Assembly: GCA_002269645.1 (NCBI GenBank)
Contig: NIVC01000104.1
Span: forward strand, 496,001-560,000
Direction: 5' to 3'
Length of the DNA: 64,000 bases
Origin: Macrostomum lignano
Lineage: Eukaryota
Shown here one piece after another: positions 21,835 to 33,665 of this stretch. The stretch's first letter is position 1. Each line of letters begins with the position of its first letter. The notes beneath the pieces are model-generated. The model was not told the DNA's origin and searched no databases. It saw only the letters and a list, made by a program, of their open reading frames with translations. Position numbers and translations under genes: made by a program.

Positions 21835-24800
21835 CTAATGCATTTAGAAATATTGAAGTTAGTAACCAGTAAGGACAATATTGGTTTGGATTAGTCTGAT
21901 AGTGAAGCACCTAACTCAAAAATTACCATACAATGGCGTATAAATTGAAGGATAAAAGGGTGTAAATAAATTTGTGTATTTTATAAAAAAATTTCTGACT
22001 ATGCTAGCAAATTTAATTAAAAATACTCATTTTAACTGCTTCAGTAGAAATTTATCCAAGTGCATATCTAATTTTCAAATGTTCTGATAAATATTTACAA
22101 AACAGTTTTTCAATCAACTTATCAACTTAATCAACTTCAGTTTGATTCATAGTATATACAGTGCACATATTTGTAAGACAGTAGACATGCAAATTATCAG
22201 TAAAAATCTAAAAATATGGTATGGAATGATACTTTAAATATTTACAAAAACTTTGTTACAAAGTCAAACGATATTTTTGCAAAACAAAAAAATAAAAAAC
22301 GTATCACTATCTTAAAACTACATTAAAATTACAATATAGTATATTTGAAACACTCATGTCAAAAAATGTTGTAAAAGCAAAAAAAATTTAATTTCATTGA
22401 TACTATTCAATCAAATAAGGTACTTTTCTTCTTAATTTAATGAAAAAAGCTATGTTCATATACTGCATTGTACATGCTAAAAATTCAAAAGTCTAAGTTT
22501 TAAACTAATCTGTGTAAAAAATTCCTTTAGAAATAAATATATAACTCCACAATTTTAAAACAGCAAAAAATTGACACCTTTGTATGCTCTAAAACTGCCA
22601 CTTAAAAATAAGTACGCCTTCTATAGCCGCGCTTGATCCAAAAATATACAGTATATGGGTACAATTCTGTAGATGAAAAAACTGCAGTTGATTGTGTTTT
22701 ATTGCTTAAGAGAATTTTATTGTAATTTTTAGTTTAAAGTTTTAAACGAAATTACCTAGTTTAAAAAATTCGAACATATTTAGCGCTGCATAAATGAGTT
22801 CACTTACCATTTTATTTTATTAGTAGGGAAAATGTTGTTTGATAAATTTTAACTCTATATTTGCAAATTATCGAATAATATGTGCTCATTTTATCTGCGC
22901 GATAAAAGACAGTAAATTTTAAACATGATATAAAGTACAGGTTTTATGATTTTACATTTCAAAATAGTAATTTATCATTAAAAATGAAATAAAATTTTAA
23001 AATACCAACACAAATGCAAGTTTTTTTTGCTGTTGTAAATATTTCTATTCAATTTGTTTATTTTTGTCACTATGATAGTTCCGGAAGCTATTTTATAAAT
23101 ACTACAGTACACCCGGTGCCCCAAAAACTATTGTTGCCATATCGAGAGAAAACGAGAGCAATTGCTAAGAGTTTGAGATAAAATCTCTAATATTAAAGCA
23201 TTTCAAGTCAAAAGAAAGGTCAATAGCACAAAGTAATGCCAGAGAATATAAAAAAAGTTTCTATTAAATATCCATGCCTGAAGAATGACAGTCTTCTGGA
23301 AGTACTTTCAAAGAATTATTTTATGGTTTTTAATATGCTTTCGGACTTAGAAGCTAAAAAGTTAAACGGAATCGTGCAAAGTATCTTGTTTTACAGGTAT
23401 TTATAGTCGTAACTTAATAACATGATGATTTAGGTCGGAAAGTTAGTACTTTAACAAATTGTTTTTTGTTCTTTTTCTATACATTGACTACAATTTATAT
23501 AATTTTTAACAAACACTCATGTTTTTTCTTTAAAGAGATTTAAAAACCATAAAAATTATATCGTTTATTTAACAGTTATCGCCTTTAAATTTTCTTAATT
23601 TCACGCGGGCCTTGACGTGACCCGCCAGTACAATATTTAAAGACCATTGATGTACAGTGCCTTGTTTTTTATTTGTACTTTGTTTAATGTTTGTTTACTT
23701 TTAGCTGCTGTTATTTTGAACTTTTCATTGACAATTGGAAGCACTTTTTGCTCGCTTTAGCAATTTTTTCATTATTTGGAAGTTGACACAGTGATGCTCA
23801 CTGCCATTTTTAGGCTTAGCAGTTCTATTGAATGTGCATTTGATTCCCTTTCTTATTTTCGATCGCTCTTTTGTCATAGAACATATATTATTTTATAATC
23901 TATGCGCTTCTTACAGCAGCAAATTTTATACTGAATCATACTATATTTGTCTTATATTAATATTTAGCCATATATACTAATTTTATATAAAATATACATT
24001 CTATATGTCATAACTCATACTAAGCTTACATCAAATGCGAATCATAGCCCTTCTTATATTTATGCCACTTATATCAAGGAAATATATCAAACCATTATTT
24101 ATGCAAACTGCAGTACTATACTAGAGATCATTGATTATATAGGATAGGCCCTATGGCTATGCTATGCTAGAGATTTCTAACAAAAATTTATGTTTTTTGG
24201 TTGTTGGAAATATGAAATAGAAGTTGGCTTGATATCTCTACTGGCATATAATATTGGCCACAAGAAGTCATAAAAATCTTAGAATATATTTTAATAAAAT
24301 TTTGATGTATTGTTTTTCATTCTGGTATATATTTTATATGATCTCTTTACTAAGTATGGTTGCAAATGTAAAGGATTGAAAGACATTTTAAAATAATAAA
24401 TGCAATTTATACTTGTTTTAAAAACAAGTCATAATATATTCAACTACCAGGTAGATAAGAAGCTTCTTTTTAATTTTGATCTATACCTGTTAGTGTTAGG
24501 AAATATTTGTCTCCTAACTATGTCAACTGGCATATGAAAAAACAAAAAAGATATGAAAATAATTACTGATTATTAACAAAAAGTACAATTGATAGTTTTT
24601 AAATATTTATAGCAAGAACTATGTCATTTGTGCCAACTATGCAAAATTAACAGTTAAGGACAAATGAATTAATATGCTAACTGGCATAGTTGTGGCGCAG
24701 TTAGTAGAATTGCAAATATTGCTAAGGCAATTATTTCCTACCAAGTAGTTAGATTGGTATCCACACTTTTTGGTGCCTATTCTTTTTAGTACATGGTATC

Positions 24801-25377
24801 TCAGTATCCCAGTTTGCTTTATCGGCCCTAATTATAAATAAAAAATAGATGTCAAAATAAGAAAGTAGCCCAAGCCTAATCTAAAAAATAAAAGTTTGTC
24901 AGTACTTTTACTTCAAATAGCCAAAATATTATTCATTTTGTTAAGCTGATGTGCTTTTTATTTTGAAAAGTCTGTCATTTCAATGAAATGAAATTAAGTC
25001 TAAAAAAGTTTTTTATTTTATATAAGTGTGTTTATATATTTTTTTCCTTTTTACTTCTTTTTGTGGCAACATAGGGCCAGAGTTAAAATTTAATGAATTT
25101 AAATTTAGGTCATCAAATACCACATGAGTTAATTCAGTGGTTAAAGCATGTTTTTTATTATACAACTGATAGTGTATAGTTAAGCTAATTGAATTAAATC
25201 AAAAGAGAGATTTTCCAAGAGTAAGAAGTTCAGCAGTGTGACAAAATGAATGAACAATGCTTTCATTAGGTAAAGAGAAGTGTTGTAGCAAATTTATTAC
25301 ATTATTATACAATTACTTTTTGTATTTATAAGTCATATATGAACATTTACATGAACTATGGCACTGAAAAGCAAACT

Positions 25378-26456
25378 AGGATATTCTTCAAGGTGGAATT
25401 TTCTGTTAGCCCTTTATAGACAAAAGTTTCTGAACACAACAATCAATATTCATATTTTTGATTTTTACAAGTATTATAGATGTTTTATATGTTATGTTGT
25501 TTATGTTGTTTATGTTGTTTTATATGTTTTATGTTTTCTAAATTAAATTATAAATATAAATTATATAAAACATATATATAAACAATATACAAAACATATT
25601 GCCTAGTTATTTGACTAGCCTAAACTCAAAGAAACTTGGCATTTTGCACTATTTTTAAAGCAAATCCTATAAAAATGCCAGGTACCAAAAAGCAGAAACC
25701 CTGTGATTAGTATGTTGTTCTTTTGCTTTTTCCTGTTGCTAAGAATTTGAAGTCTTCATTTTGATATAATAGAATAAAATCACATTAAATTTTAATTATC
25801 TTATTAAGAGTTAGTAAACATATAATGTGTTGTTTATTTAATGAATTTTGGTATTCAAGTGTCCAATATGTATAAAGTATTTGATTAATTGTGTATTGTA
25901 GCATTTTTTATTATGCCAGTACATTAGCCATCCTGAAAGAAGTCCATAGGCCTATACTTTTTGTTTAAGAATCTACTAATATTATTTTTTAACAAATAAA
26001 CTTTGCTACTATGGTAACTTGTGAACCTGTATACACACTTGCTTGTAATAAAAGAGTAGCTAATTAAAATAACAACTTCTAAATATATTACTAGTATAAT
26101 ACAGTGATACCTAGTTTTTTAGCTATAGTTACAAATTGATTATAGGCAATATACTTGCTATGGAAAAATTGTGCAACTTGACTTTAATTATAGAGCATCA
26201 ATTAAAGACTGAATGTTTTTACTACTATGGTTAACTCAATTTTTGTAGGATTTGCTTTATAAATTGTGCTAAATGACAAGTTTCTTTAGGTTTAGGCTAG
26301 TCAAATGACTAGGCAATGTTTTTTATTGATCAATATATAAATACATTTAGTACTTGTATAAACCACAAAAATGAATATTGATTGTTGTGTTTAGCAGCTT
26401 TTTTTTCTACAGGAGGGCTGACAAAAAAGTCCACTTTTGGGAATACAAATTTTAAA
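25378..26456. repeat. Long degenerate inverted repeat (arms about 25378-25677 and 26240-26456), probable old MITE/foldback
   Basis: For example TTGCCTAGTTATTTGACTAGCCTAAAC and AACACAACAATCAATATTCAT in the left arm recur as reverse complements at about 26288-26318 and 26360-26392. Confidence 0.75.
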
Positions 26457-27959
26457 TTTGTTGATTGCAATTGTACTTGCCTTTTGACCTTTGTCACCTA
26501 AGCATTTTCCACTTAAACTTTTGGCCACCCTGGCCCCTTTTTGCTTTTGCATTATAGCAACCTAATAGCTTTGCCAATCGTTTTTAGAAAGATAAAAGCT
26601 TTTTTTCATAGCCCAGTCTTGCACCTAGGCAGGAGCCTCTTTGGATTTTTAAAATCGTTCGTTTGGAAGCCAATCATAGCTCTTTTTTTTCAGCTTTGCA
26701 TGAATTTAAGTAATTCCCATTTAGCTTACTACTCTTAGTAGCCCATATCATTTGTAAATGTGTCTTTTTATATCTAGATATTGTTGCTACATTCTTTTAG
26801 ATGAGATGTCTATATGGTTCGTGTGTTTAGCTATCAACAATAGCCTTTGGTTGTGGATTTATTGACTTAATATTTTATGACACATGCATTTATTTGCAGC
26901 CAATGGTAGTTATTACAAACAATTTTTCTGCAAAAGTTATTCATAGATAGTTTTAGTTTTCTTTATTTATTGTTCAACATTTTGTTCGTGTTTCTATCTA
27001 TCTGATTAAATGATTTGACTAGCTGAGTGAGAGCAGTTGGTTTAGAGTCTGGATTCTACCTTTTAAATCGGGTTGGCCAACTTATAATTATGGCCGATAA
27101 AAGCTTTCAAAAGTTGGTCTATATTTCCTTTTTGTTGCGTTTTTATTGGCTGAGGCCCAGTTCTTCTTCCCTCCTTGCCAACCAGCCAGCATCTCCCAAC
27201 TTCCCCGCAAACCCCAAGCCCTGATTTCCAATAAAAGCACGTCCTTCCTACTGCCTTTTTCTTTGGTGCAGTCTGCCGCCATTTTTCTTTCTCTAGTCCG
27301 CGTCCTATACATAAATGTGATTAGAGCATACACAGTACAAGCAGGCAGTGACAAGATCTGGCAGCTGGCAAGCGGTGTCCACTGATTAATAGTGTTAAAG
27401 CAAAGAAAGAATAGAAACGCGTTCGGCTTTACAGGTCATCTTCTACATCTAGCCAACTGGGTAAAAAGAATGCGATTTTTATCTATCTTTATCTGTTACT
27501 AATACTTTTGTCTTGTACAAATTTTCAACTGTCAAACAGTCTTAAAAGTATAGAATAGTTGCGGGCTTTAGTGTCGATTTAATCTAGAATAGTGTGTAGA
27601 GTATCAAAATTTGTTCCTGTGCGCAGCTAACGGGGTAAAAACTTAATGGTAGTCTAATTAACTAATTAACAGCAATTATTTTGTTGTCATGTTATTTATA
27701 TGGCTCGTCTATTTGTCTAAATATCAATTTGTTTGTTAAAAGCTCTGAAAGCTTTCAGAGAAATCATTTAGCCTACCGCACATTCCATGACTTGATTTTC
27801 CAGCAGCACCTTCAGCCAAGTAGGCTTACCAAAAAACTGCTGTGCAACCAGTCGAATGACTCAACCCATCTCGATCCTACAGTTTTGTATAACGACAATC
27901 TTACACTGGAAAACAGATTGTCCAAACTTTTCCAGCCTGTGCGGACTGTTAAGCAAGCC

Positions 27960-30900
27960 ATGCCTATGGTGCAGCAGGAAGTTCAGCCGGCCGATGGGGT
28001 TGACGATGATTGCTTGAAGAAAATGGAGGATAACCTGACAGAGCTGGAACAGGAGTCGCAGAGCCTGTTTCAGAAGAAAATGCGATTGATGAAGGCGGAG
28101 CAACAGAGAAAGACAGAGAAGATAGAGGAAAAGCCTCGTCCGAAGAGAAGTGACAAGGAGATGAGGATTCTTGAAGTTGAAAAGGAGACAAAAAGACTAA
28201 TCAAGCACAATGAAGAGCAAAAACAGTTGATACGTGAAATGGAACAGCGGCAAGAGGCTTCGAAAGAGCAAGCAAAAGAAAATGACTCTGTCTCCTCCGA
28301 GGAAAGCCAGGAATCCGAACAGCATGATCCAACTATAGATGCTGATGAAGAGGTAGCGCAGATGATGGCGTTGGCCCTAGGTTTTAACCAGGTTGACCGC
28401 ACAGCTGAACCCGTCTGGGCCGAGTGGAACGACAAGTCAGATGACGACCCCATGATTACCGATAACCCTAACGAGGTCAGTGAGTTTTGCTCTGATTTGA
28501 TGAACAGTTTTGGAAGTGCATTCGAATCGCTTAAGCGCCGTGGTTATTACGATTCAAAAGATGATATTGACAGCGAGCTGATTAGAGACTACAAAGCGAT
28601 GATTGCCAACAAGGACGATTTAAAATGTCTATTTGGGATCGGCAAGTGCGGTCCCAACAAGAAGCTTGACTGTCCCGTTCATACTCGTTCGGGTGCAGGT
28701 TTCAAATCAGGTGCCTTTTGCTGTCCTGGTTCAAGCAAAGATAAGCAATCAGCACCGTCAGCTCAGTCTGATGATCATAAATCAACGTTTCGAGATGCTC
28801 AGTCATCTTCATCTCTCCAGCAACCATCAACAGCTCGAGGTGCCCGATATTCTTCATCTCAGCAGCATCAATCAACAGCTCGAGGTGCCCGATATTCTTC
28901 ATCTGAGCAGCATCAATCAACAGCTCCAGATGCTCAGTCGTCTTCATCTCGCCAGCATCAGTCAACAGCCCGAGATGCTCAATCATCTTCATCTCGCCAG
29001 CATCAGTCAACAGCCCGAGATGCTCAGCCATCTTTATCTCACCAGCATCAGTCAACAGCTCGAGATGCTCAGTCGTCTTCAACTCGTAAACATCGAACTG
29101 AAAAATTACAGCCATCAATTTGCGATCTGCCGGCGTCGACGCCACCTGGTCAAATGATTCTTTCAACGCCACCACAGGATCACCCGATTCCATCGACGCC
29201 ACCTGATCAAATCATTCTTTCGACGCCACCGGGTCAAATAATTCTTTCGACGCCACCTCAGGATCGGCCGATTCCATCGACCCCTCCTAATCAGCTGATT
29301 CCGCCTTCGTCAAAAATGAATCCACAGCCGCCACCATCGTCTATTGGGTCGCCACCTAAAAAGCGTGATCGACCGGCGCAGCTTAAAGACTTGCTTTACG
29401 GATACAGTTCATCAATCTGCGAATTCTTCGAGCACGATGCTGAGTGCAAAAATCTTGTATCTGATTGTCAAAAGCGAGATTCGTCTGCACGTGATTCTAC
29501 GGCCGAAACTGGTATTCAGCATGCCCATAAAGGGGATATCCTCAAACCTGTCCCAGTTAGGCAAAAGCAACTTGGAATGCCAAGAAAGGTTATGAATCTG
29601 AACTCAAACGAAGCTAATGCCCTGGAATATCAACGGCGTGGCCCAAACGAAAGGTATTATGAAAGTATGAATCTAAGTGCGGACTATCATTACCAGGAAC
29701 GTAGTCCAAGTCGTCATAAACATTCAAGTCCACATCGACGACAGGATCCAAGACAACATCATGGATATCCAAGTCCGAAGCGTCATCGAGACTATCCAAG
29801 CCAGAGTCATCATCACCAGCATCGGAGCCCGAATTGTTCAAATCGTCAGCGGGATTCGAACCAAAGCGCTAGTCATGAATATCCAGTTTCGAGTCGTCAC
29901 CACAGATTTCCGAATTCCAGACGTCATCACGAATCTCCAAGCCCGACTCGTCTTCATGGATCTCCAAGCCTCAGACGTCCTAACGGATATCTTAGCCCGA
30001 TCCGTCCTCATGGATATCCTAGCCCGATTCGTCCTCACGGATATCATAGCCCGATCCGTCCTCGTGGGTATCCTGGTCCAATCCGTCCTCACGGATCTCC
30101 AAGCTCCAGGCGTCCTCACGTATCTCCAAGCTCCAGGCGTCCTCACGTATCTCCAAGCTCCAGGCGTCCTCATGGATCTCCAAGCTCCAGGCGTCCTCAC
30201 GGATCTCTAAGCTCCAGGCGTCCTCATGAATCTCCAAGCTCCAGACGTCCTCAAAGATCTCCAAGCCCGAGACGTCATTACGGATCCCCCAGCTCCAGGC
30301 GTCCTCACAGATATCCAAGCCCGCTACGTCATCACGGATCACCAAGCCCGAGTCGCCATCACGGATATCGTAGCCCGCTACGTCATCACGGATCTCCAAG
30401 CCCGAGTCGTCATCACGGATCTCCAAGTCCGAGTCGTCATCACGGATCTCCAAGTCCGAGTCGTCATCACGGATCTCCAAGCCCGAGTCGTCAGCACGGA
30501 TCTCCAAGCCTGAGCTGTCATCGCGGATATCCTAGCCCGAGCCGTCATCGCGGATATCCTAGCCCGAGCCGTCATCGCGGATATCCTAGCCCGAGCCGTC
30601 GTCGTGATCCGAGCCCAAATCTTCACCAACAGCGGTCAAGCAAGGTAAACATTATAAATCCGCACTCATCCGGTGCCGTCTCATCTAACCATCGCTCTCG
30701 CTCTGACAATCGCGCTAGGCATCGCAGCAGTCATGACAGTCATTGTAGCATTGACTCGCACGCTACTAGCATCGCTGAGAGCTACTCAAACAGCCAGCAA
30801 AGTCGGAATCATCGGCGCCTCGACGAAAAGAGAACAGAGCAGGGCCTTGAACGTCGCAATTCGATCGATTATCAAATTGGTGCAGATTGGATAACTCGCT

Positions 30901-31394
30901 TAATGACGGGCTGCAGTGGCCAGACTAACGGTTCTGACATTGAAGCTTCGCGCTATTTGGACACTAGAAGTAACAGAGAGATCGGAAACGACGCCAGAAG
31001 TAGAAGCGATCGCTTTAACAAAAGAGATCACAATACTATGAGAAACGATGGAACTGGTCGCTGTCGAACTCGCGAGAGTAGTGCTAGATACGTTGACAAA
31101 AAATCTAATAATTCACCAGTTGGCCGCTACGTCGCTGCCAACGATGCCAGCTTGCTAGGAGACATCGACAACGAAGTTGGCGCGACTTCGTCCAAATCCA
31201 GCGATTCTAGCCGCCGTCCGGAGATTTACTGGAAAGTTACCAAAGTGCCCAACGAGCCGGGCGCGGCCGCTAAATTCGTTGCTGAATTGAACGCCGCCAA
31301 TGAGAATGGCGGAGCCGATCCAAATAATATTGACGAGCCTCTCGTACTGCACACTATTCAGGTGTCTACGCCGAAATGTCTGCGGTCCGGCTAG
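27960..31394 (+). CDS. Large low-complexity protein of unknown function (coiled-coil N-terminus, Cys/His cluster, S/P/R/H tandem repeats)
   Basis: Frame is open from 27681 to 31394, including long non-repetitive GC-richer stretches, inside AT-rich flanks. First ATG at 27960. In-frame 15-aa (QHQSTARDAQSSSSR) and 9-aa (TPPGQIILS; HGSPSPSRH) repeats. No family recognised. Confidence 0.7.
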   Translation: MPMVQQEVQPADGVDDDCLKKMEDNLTELEQESQSLFQKKMRLMKAEQQRKTEKIEEKPRPKRSDKEMRILEVEKETKRLIKHNEEQKQLIREMEQRQEASKEQAKENDSVSSEESQESEQHDPTIDADEEVAQMMALALGFNQVDRTAEPVWAEWNDKSDDDPMITDNPNEVSEFCSDLMNSFGSAFESLKRRGYYDSKDDIDSELIRDYKAMIANKDDLKCLFGIGKCGPNKKLDCPVHTRSGAGFKSGAFCCPGSSKDKQSAPSAQSDDHKSTFRDAQSSSSLQQPSTARGARYSSSQQHQSTARGARYSSSEQHQSTAPDAQSSSSRQHQSTARDAQSSSSRQHQSTARDAQPSLSHQHQSTARDAQSSSTRKHRTEKLQPSICDLPASTPPGQMILSTPPQDHPIPSTPPDQIILSTPPGQIILSTPPQDRPIPSTPPNQLIPPSSKMNPQPPPSSIGSPPKKRDRPAQLKDLLYGYSSSICEFFEHDAECKNLVSDCQKRDSSARDSTAETGIQHAHKGDILKPVPVRQKQLGMPRKVMNLNSNEANALEYQRRGPNERYYESMNLSADYHYQERSPSRHKHSSPHRRQDPRQHHGYPSPKRHRDYPSQSHHHQHRSPNCSNRQRDSNQSASHEYPVSSRHHRFPNSRRHHESPSPTRLHGSPSLRRPNGYLSPIRPHGYPSPIRPHGYHSPIRPRGYPGPIRPHGSPSSRRPHVSPSSRRPHVSPSSRRPHGSPSSRRPHGSLSSRRPHESPSSRRPQRSPSPRRHYGSPSSRRPHRYPSPLRHHGSPSPSRHHGYRSPLRHHGSPSPSRHHGSPSPSRHHGSPSPSRHHGSPSPSRQHGSPSLSCHRGYPSPSRHRGYPSPSRHRGYPSPSRRRDPSPNLHQQRSSKVNIINPHSSGAVSSNHRSRSDNRARHRSSHDSHCSIDSHATSIAESYSNSQQSRNHRRLDEKRTEQGLERRNSIDYQIGADWITRLMTGCSGQTNGSDIEASRYLDTRSNREIGNDARSRSDRFNKRDHNTMRNDGTGRCRTRESSARYVDKKSNNSPVGRYVAANDASLLGDIDNEVGATSSKSSDSSRRPEIYWKVTKVPNEPGAAAKFVAELNAANENGGADPNNIDEPLVLHTIQVSTPKCLRSG

Positions 31395-31728
31395 TAGAGA
31401 AGAGAAAGACAGCAAAGCGGAGAGCAATGCAGTCGACGTCAGAGAGTGTTTTGGTAGTTTAATGAACTCTAGTATCGAAAATTTATGGAATATTCAGTTA
31501 GTTTTTTCTGACAGTTTCTTAGTTCATTTATTTTAGAATGTTTTTGGCGTGCAAAGCCATAAAAAAGAACACTTTTTTGTTTTTTTCAAGTTTTTAAAAG
31601 GCTTTGTTCCTTTTGCATTTGAATATTTTTCCTTTTTTGTTTGAATAACCCTTGGCCAGTCCAGATTAGGGATGATTTTTGTTCTTTTTTTTAATAAAAT
31701 ACGCTAATGTCAATATGACAAGAACAAT

Positions 31729-32000
31729 CACGCTCGTACATGCGCAATACTCAACCGAGCCGGCTGGCTGGCGAGAGGCCCAGCCAACGTAAGTCGCAAA
31801 AGTGCCCACCAAAGCAATATACAGACGAAGTACTAATTAGACGACAAGGCATTTAGCCTTAATTATACAGCTATAGTTACTCCTGCCGTTTACTCAAAAT
31901 TCCTTTAGTTTTGCTTAGGTTTCTTTCATAACTAAGTCGCTATTTTGGTCAAAAGTCGCACGGCCGCTGTAAATCGGGGGGGGGGGGTTGCGCATGTATG
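31729..32000. mobile_element. Small hAT-type MITE
   Basis: 8-bp direct repeat AGAACAAT at 31721-31728 and 32001-32008; imperfect TIR CA(cgctcg)TACATGCGCAA versus TTGCGCATGTATG. Confidence 0.55.
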
Positions 32001-32714
32001 AGAACAATACTCGAAAGCATTAAAAATGGCAAGAATCTAATTAGTAGTTTATTAGTTACTCATTGTTATAAATAGAATTTCTGATTTCCTAATTTATTAT
32101 AAAGTGTTGCCAACGCGTTTTCAATTAGCTGTTGTTTTTTACAGTCTTCCCTGAAATGCTTGACTTGCTTAATAAATTTAATATGTCAACAGTCATTGTT
32201 CACATAAAGTATCTCTGTGTGTTGCTTGCCATTGTTTATTTCTGAAATCATCTAAAATTAAAAAAATAATATTTTGCTACTTAATACTTTGTTGTTAATA
32301 ATTCGTTGCTACGAAATTCCAGCCCCGATGGGTTTTGTTATGCTTTTTCCTAATTTCCTAACTTTTTTCGTTATTTTCCGTTTATTTCTCTAGTTTATTG
32401 TTTCTTCCAGTTTACTGTTTACAAGTAATCTTGCGCTATTACTTTTTCATAGCGGTTTTTTCCTGCTCAGCAATACATTGGTTGGTGCAAGCTTTTCACA
32501 GCGTATTTAGACAATTTAGCCATTGAGTCGGAGAGATTTATGAGGAGTCTGTCTGAGCAGAATTTTCTAGGATTTTGGATGAAAATTTGATTGATCCAGT
32601 CTCCGTGTTTCACAGTTGTTATTTCTTTGCTGAAGATAATCTGAATTGGGCACTGTACAATTTCTATTCAAAATCATCAGGCTCATCTGTGTTGCTTAAC
32701 CTGGTGCAGGGATC

Positions 32715-33665
32715 ATCGCAGCAGTTCACCAATTATCAGTTCACCAATTTCCCAAGTCACCACAACAGTTCACCAATATCCCAGAGAGCCACAACGTTTC
32801 ACCAAGTTTTGAAGTTACCACACCACTTCACTAATCCCAGAAAGCCACAACATTTCACCAAATTATCAAGTCGCCACAACAGTTCACCAATATCCCAGAG
32901 AGCCACAACGGTTCACCAAATTCTCAAGTCGCCAAAACAGTTCACTAATCCCAGAAAGCCACAATAGTTCCCAGAAAGGCACAACAGTTCACCAATTTTA
33001 GAGAGCCACAACGGTTCACCAATATCTCGAAAAGCTACAACAGTTAACCAAATTCTCAAGTCGCCACAACAGTTCACCAAATTCTCAAGTCGCCACAACA
33101 GTTCACCAATATCCCCAGAAGCCACAACAGTTCACCAATATCCCCAAAACCACAACAGTTCACCAATTACCCCAGATCGCCACAACAGTTTACCAATATC
33201 CCCAGAAGCCACAACAGTTCACCAATATCCCCAGATCGCCACAACAGTTCACCCCAGAAGCCACAACAGTTCAACAATTACCCCAGATCGCCACAACAGT
33301 TTACCAATATCCCAAAAAGCCACAACAGTTCACCAATATCCCGAGAAGCCACAACAGTTCACCAATATCCCAAAAAGCCACAACAGTTCACCAATATCCC
33401 GAGAAGCCACAACAGTTCACCAATATCCCGAGAAGCCACAACAGTTCACCAATATCCCTAGAAGCCACAACAGTTCAACAATTACCCCAGATCGCCACAA
33501 CAGTTCACCAAATTCCCAAGTCACTACAACAGTTCACCAATATCTCAAAAAGCTACAACAGCTCACCAAATTCCCAGAAAGTAAAACAGCTCACCAATAT
33601 CCCAGAAAGCCACTGCAGTTCACCAATATCCCAGAAAGTCACAACACAACAGTTCACCAATTTTC
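32715..33665. repeat. Minisatellite, approximately 30-bp unit CACAACAGTTCACCAATATCCCAGAAGC
   Basis: Directly visible degenerate array. Confidence 0.9.

Noticed and set aside
27088-27354. Minus-strand ORF with AAAATGGCGGC (Kozak/YY1-like) as a possible first exon of the PNPO-like gene
   Set aside because: The candidate GT donors I checked were weak and phase 1, while the PNPO-like acceptor needs phase 0; more likely promoter sequence.
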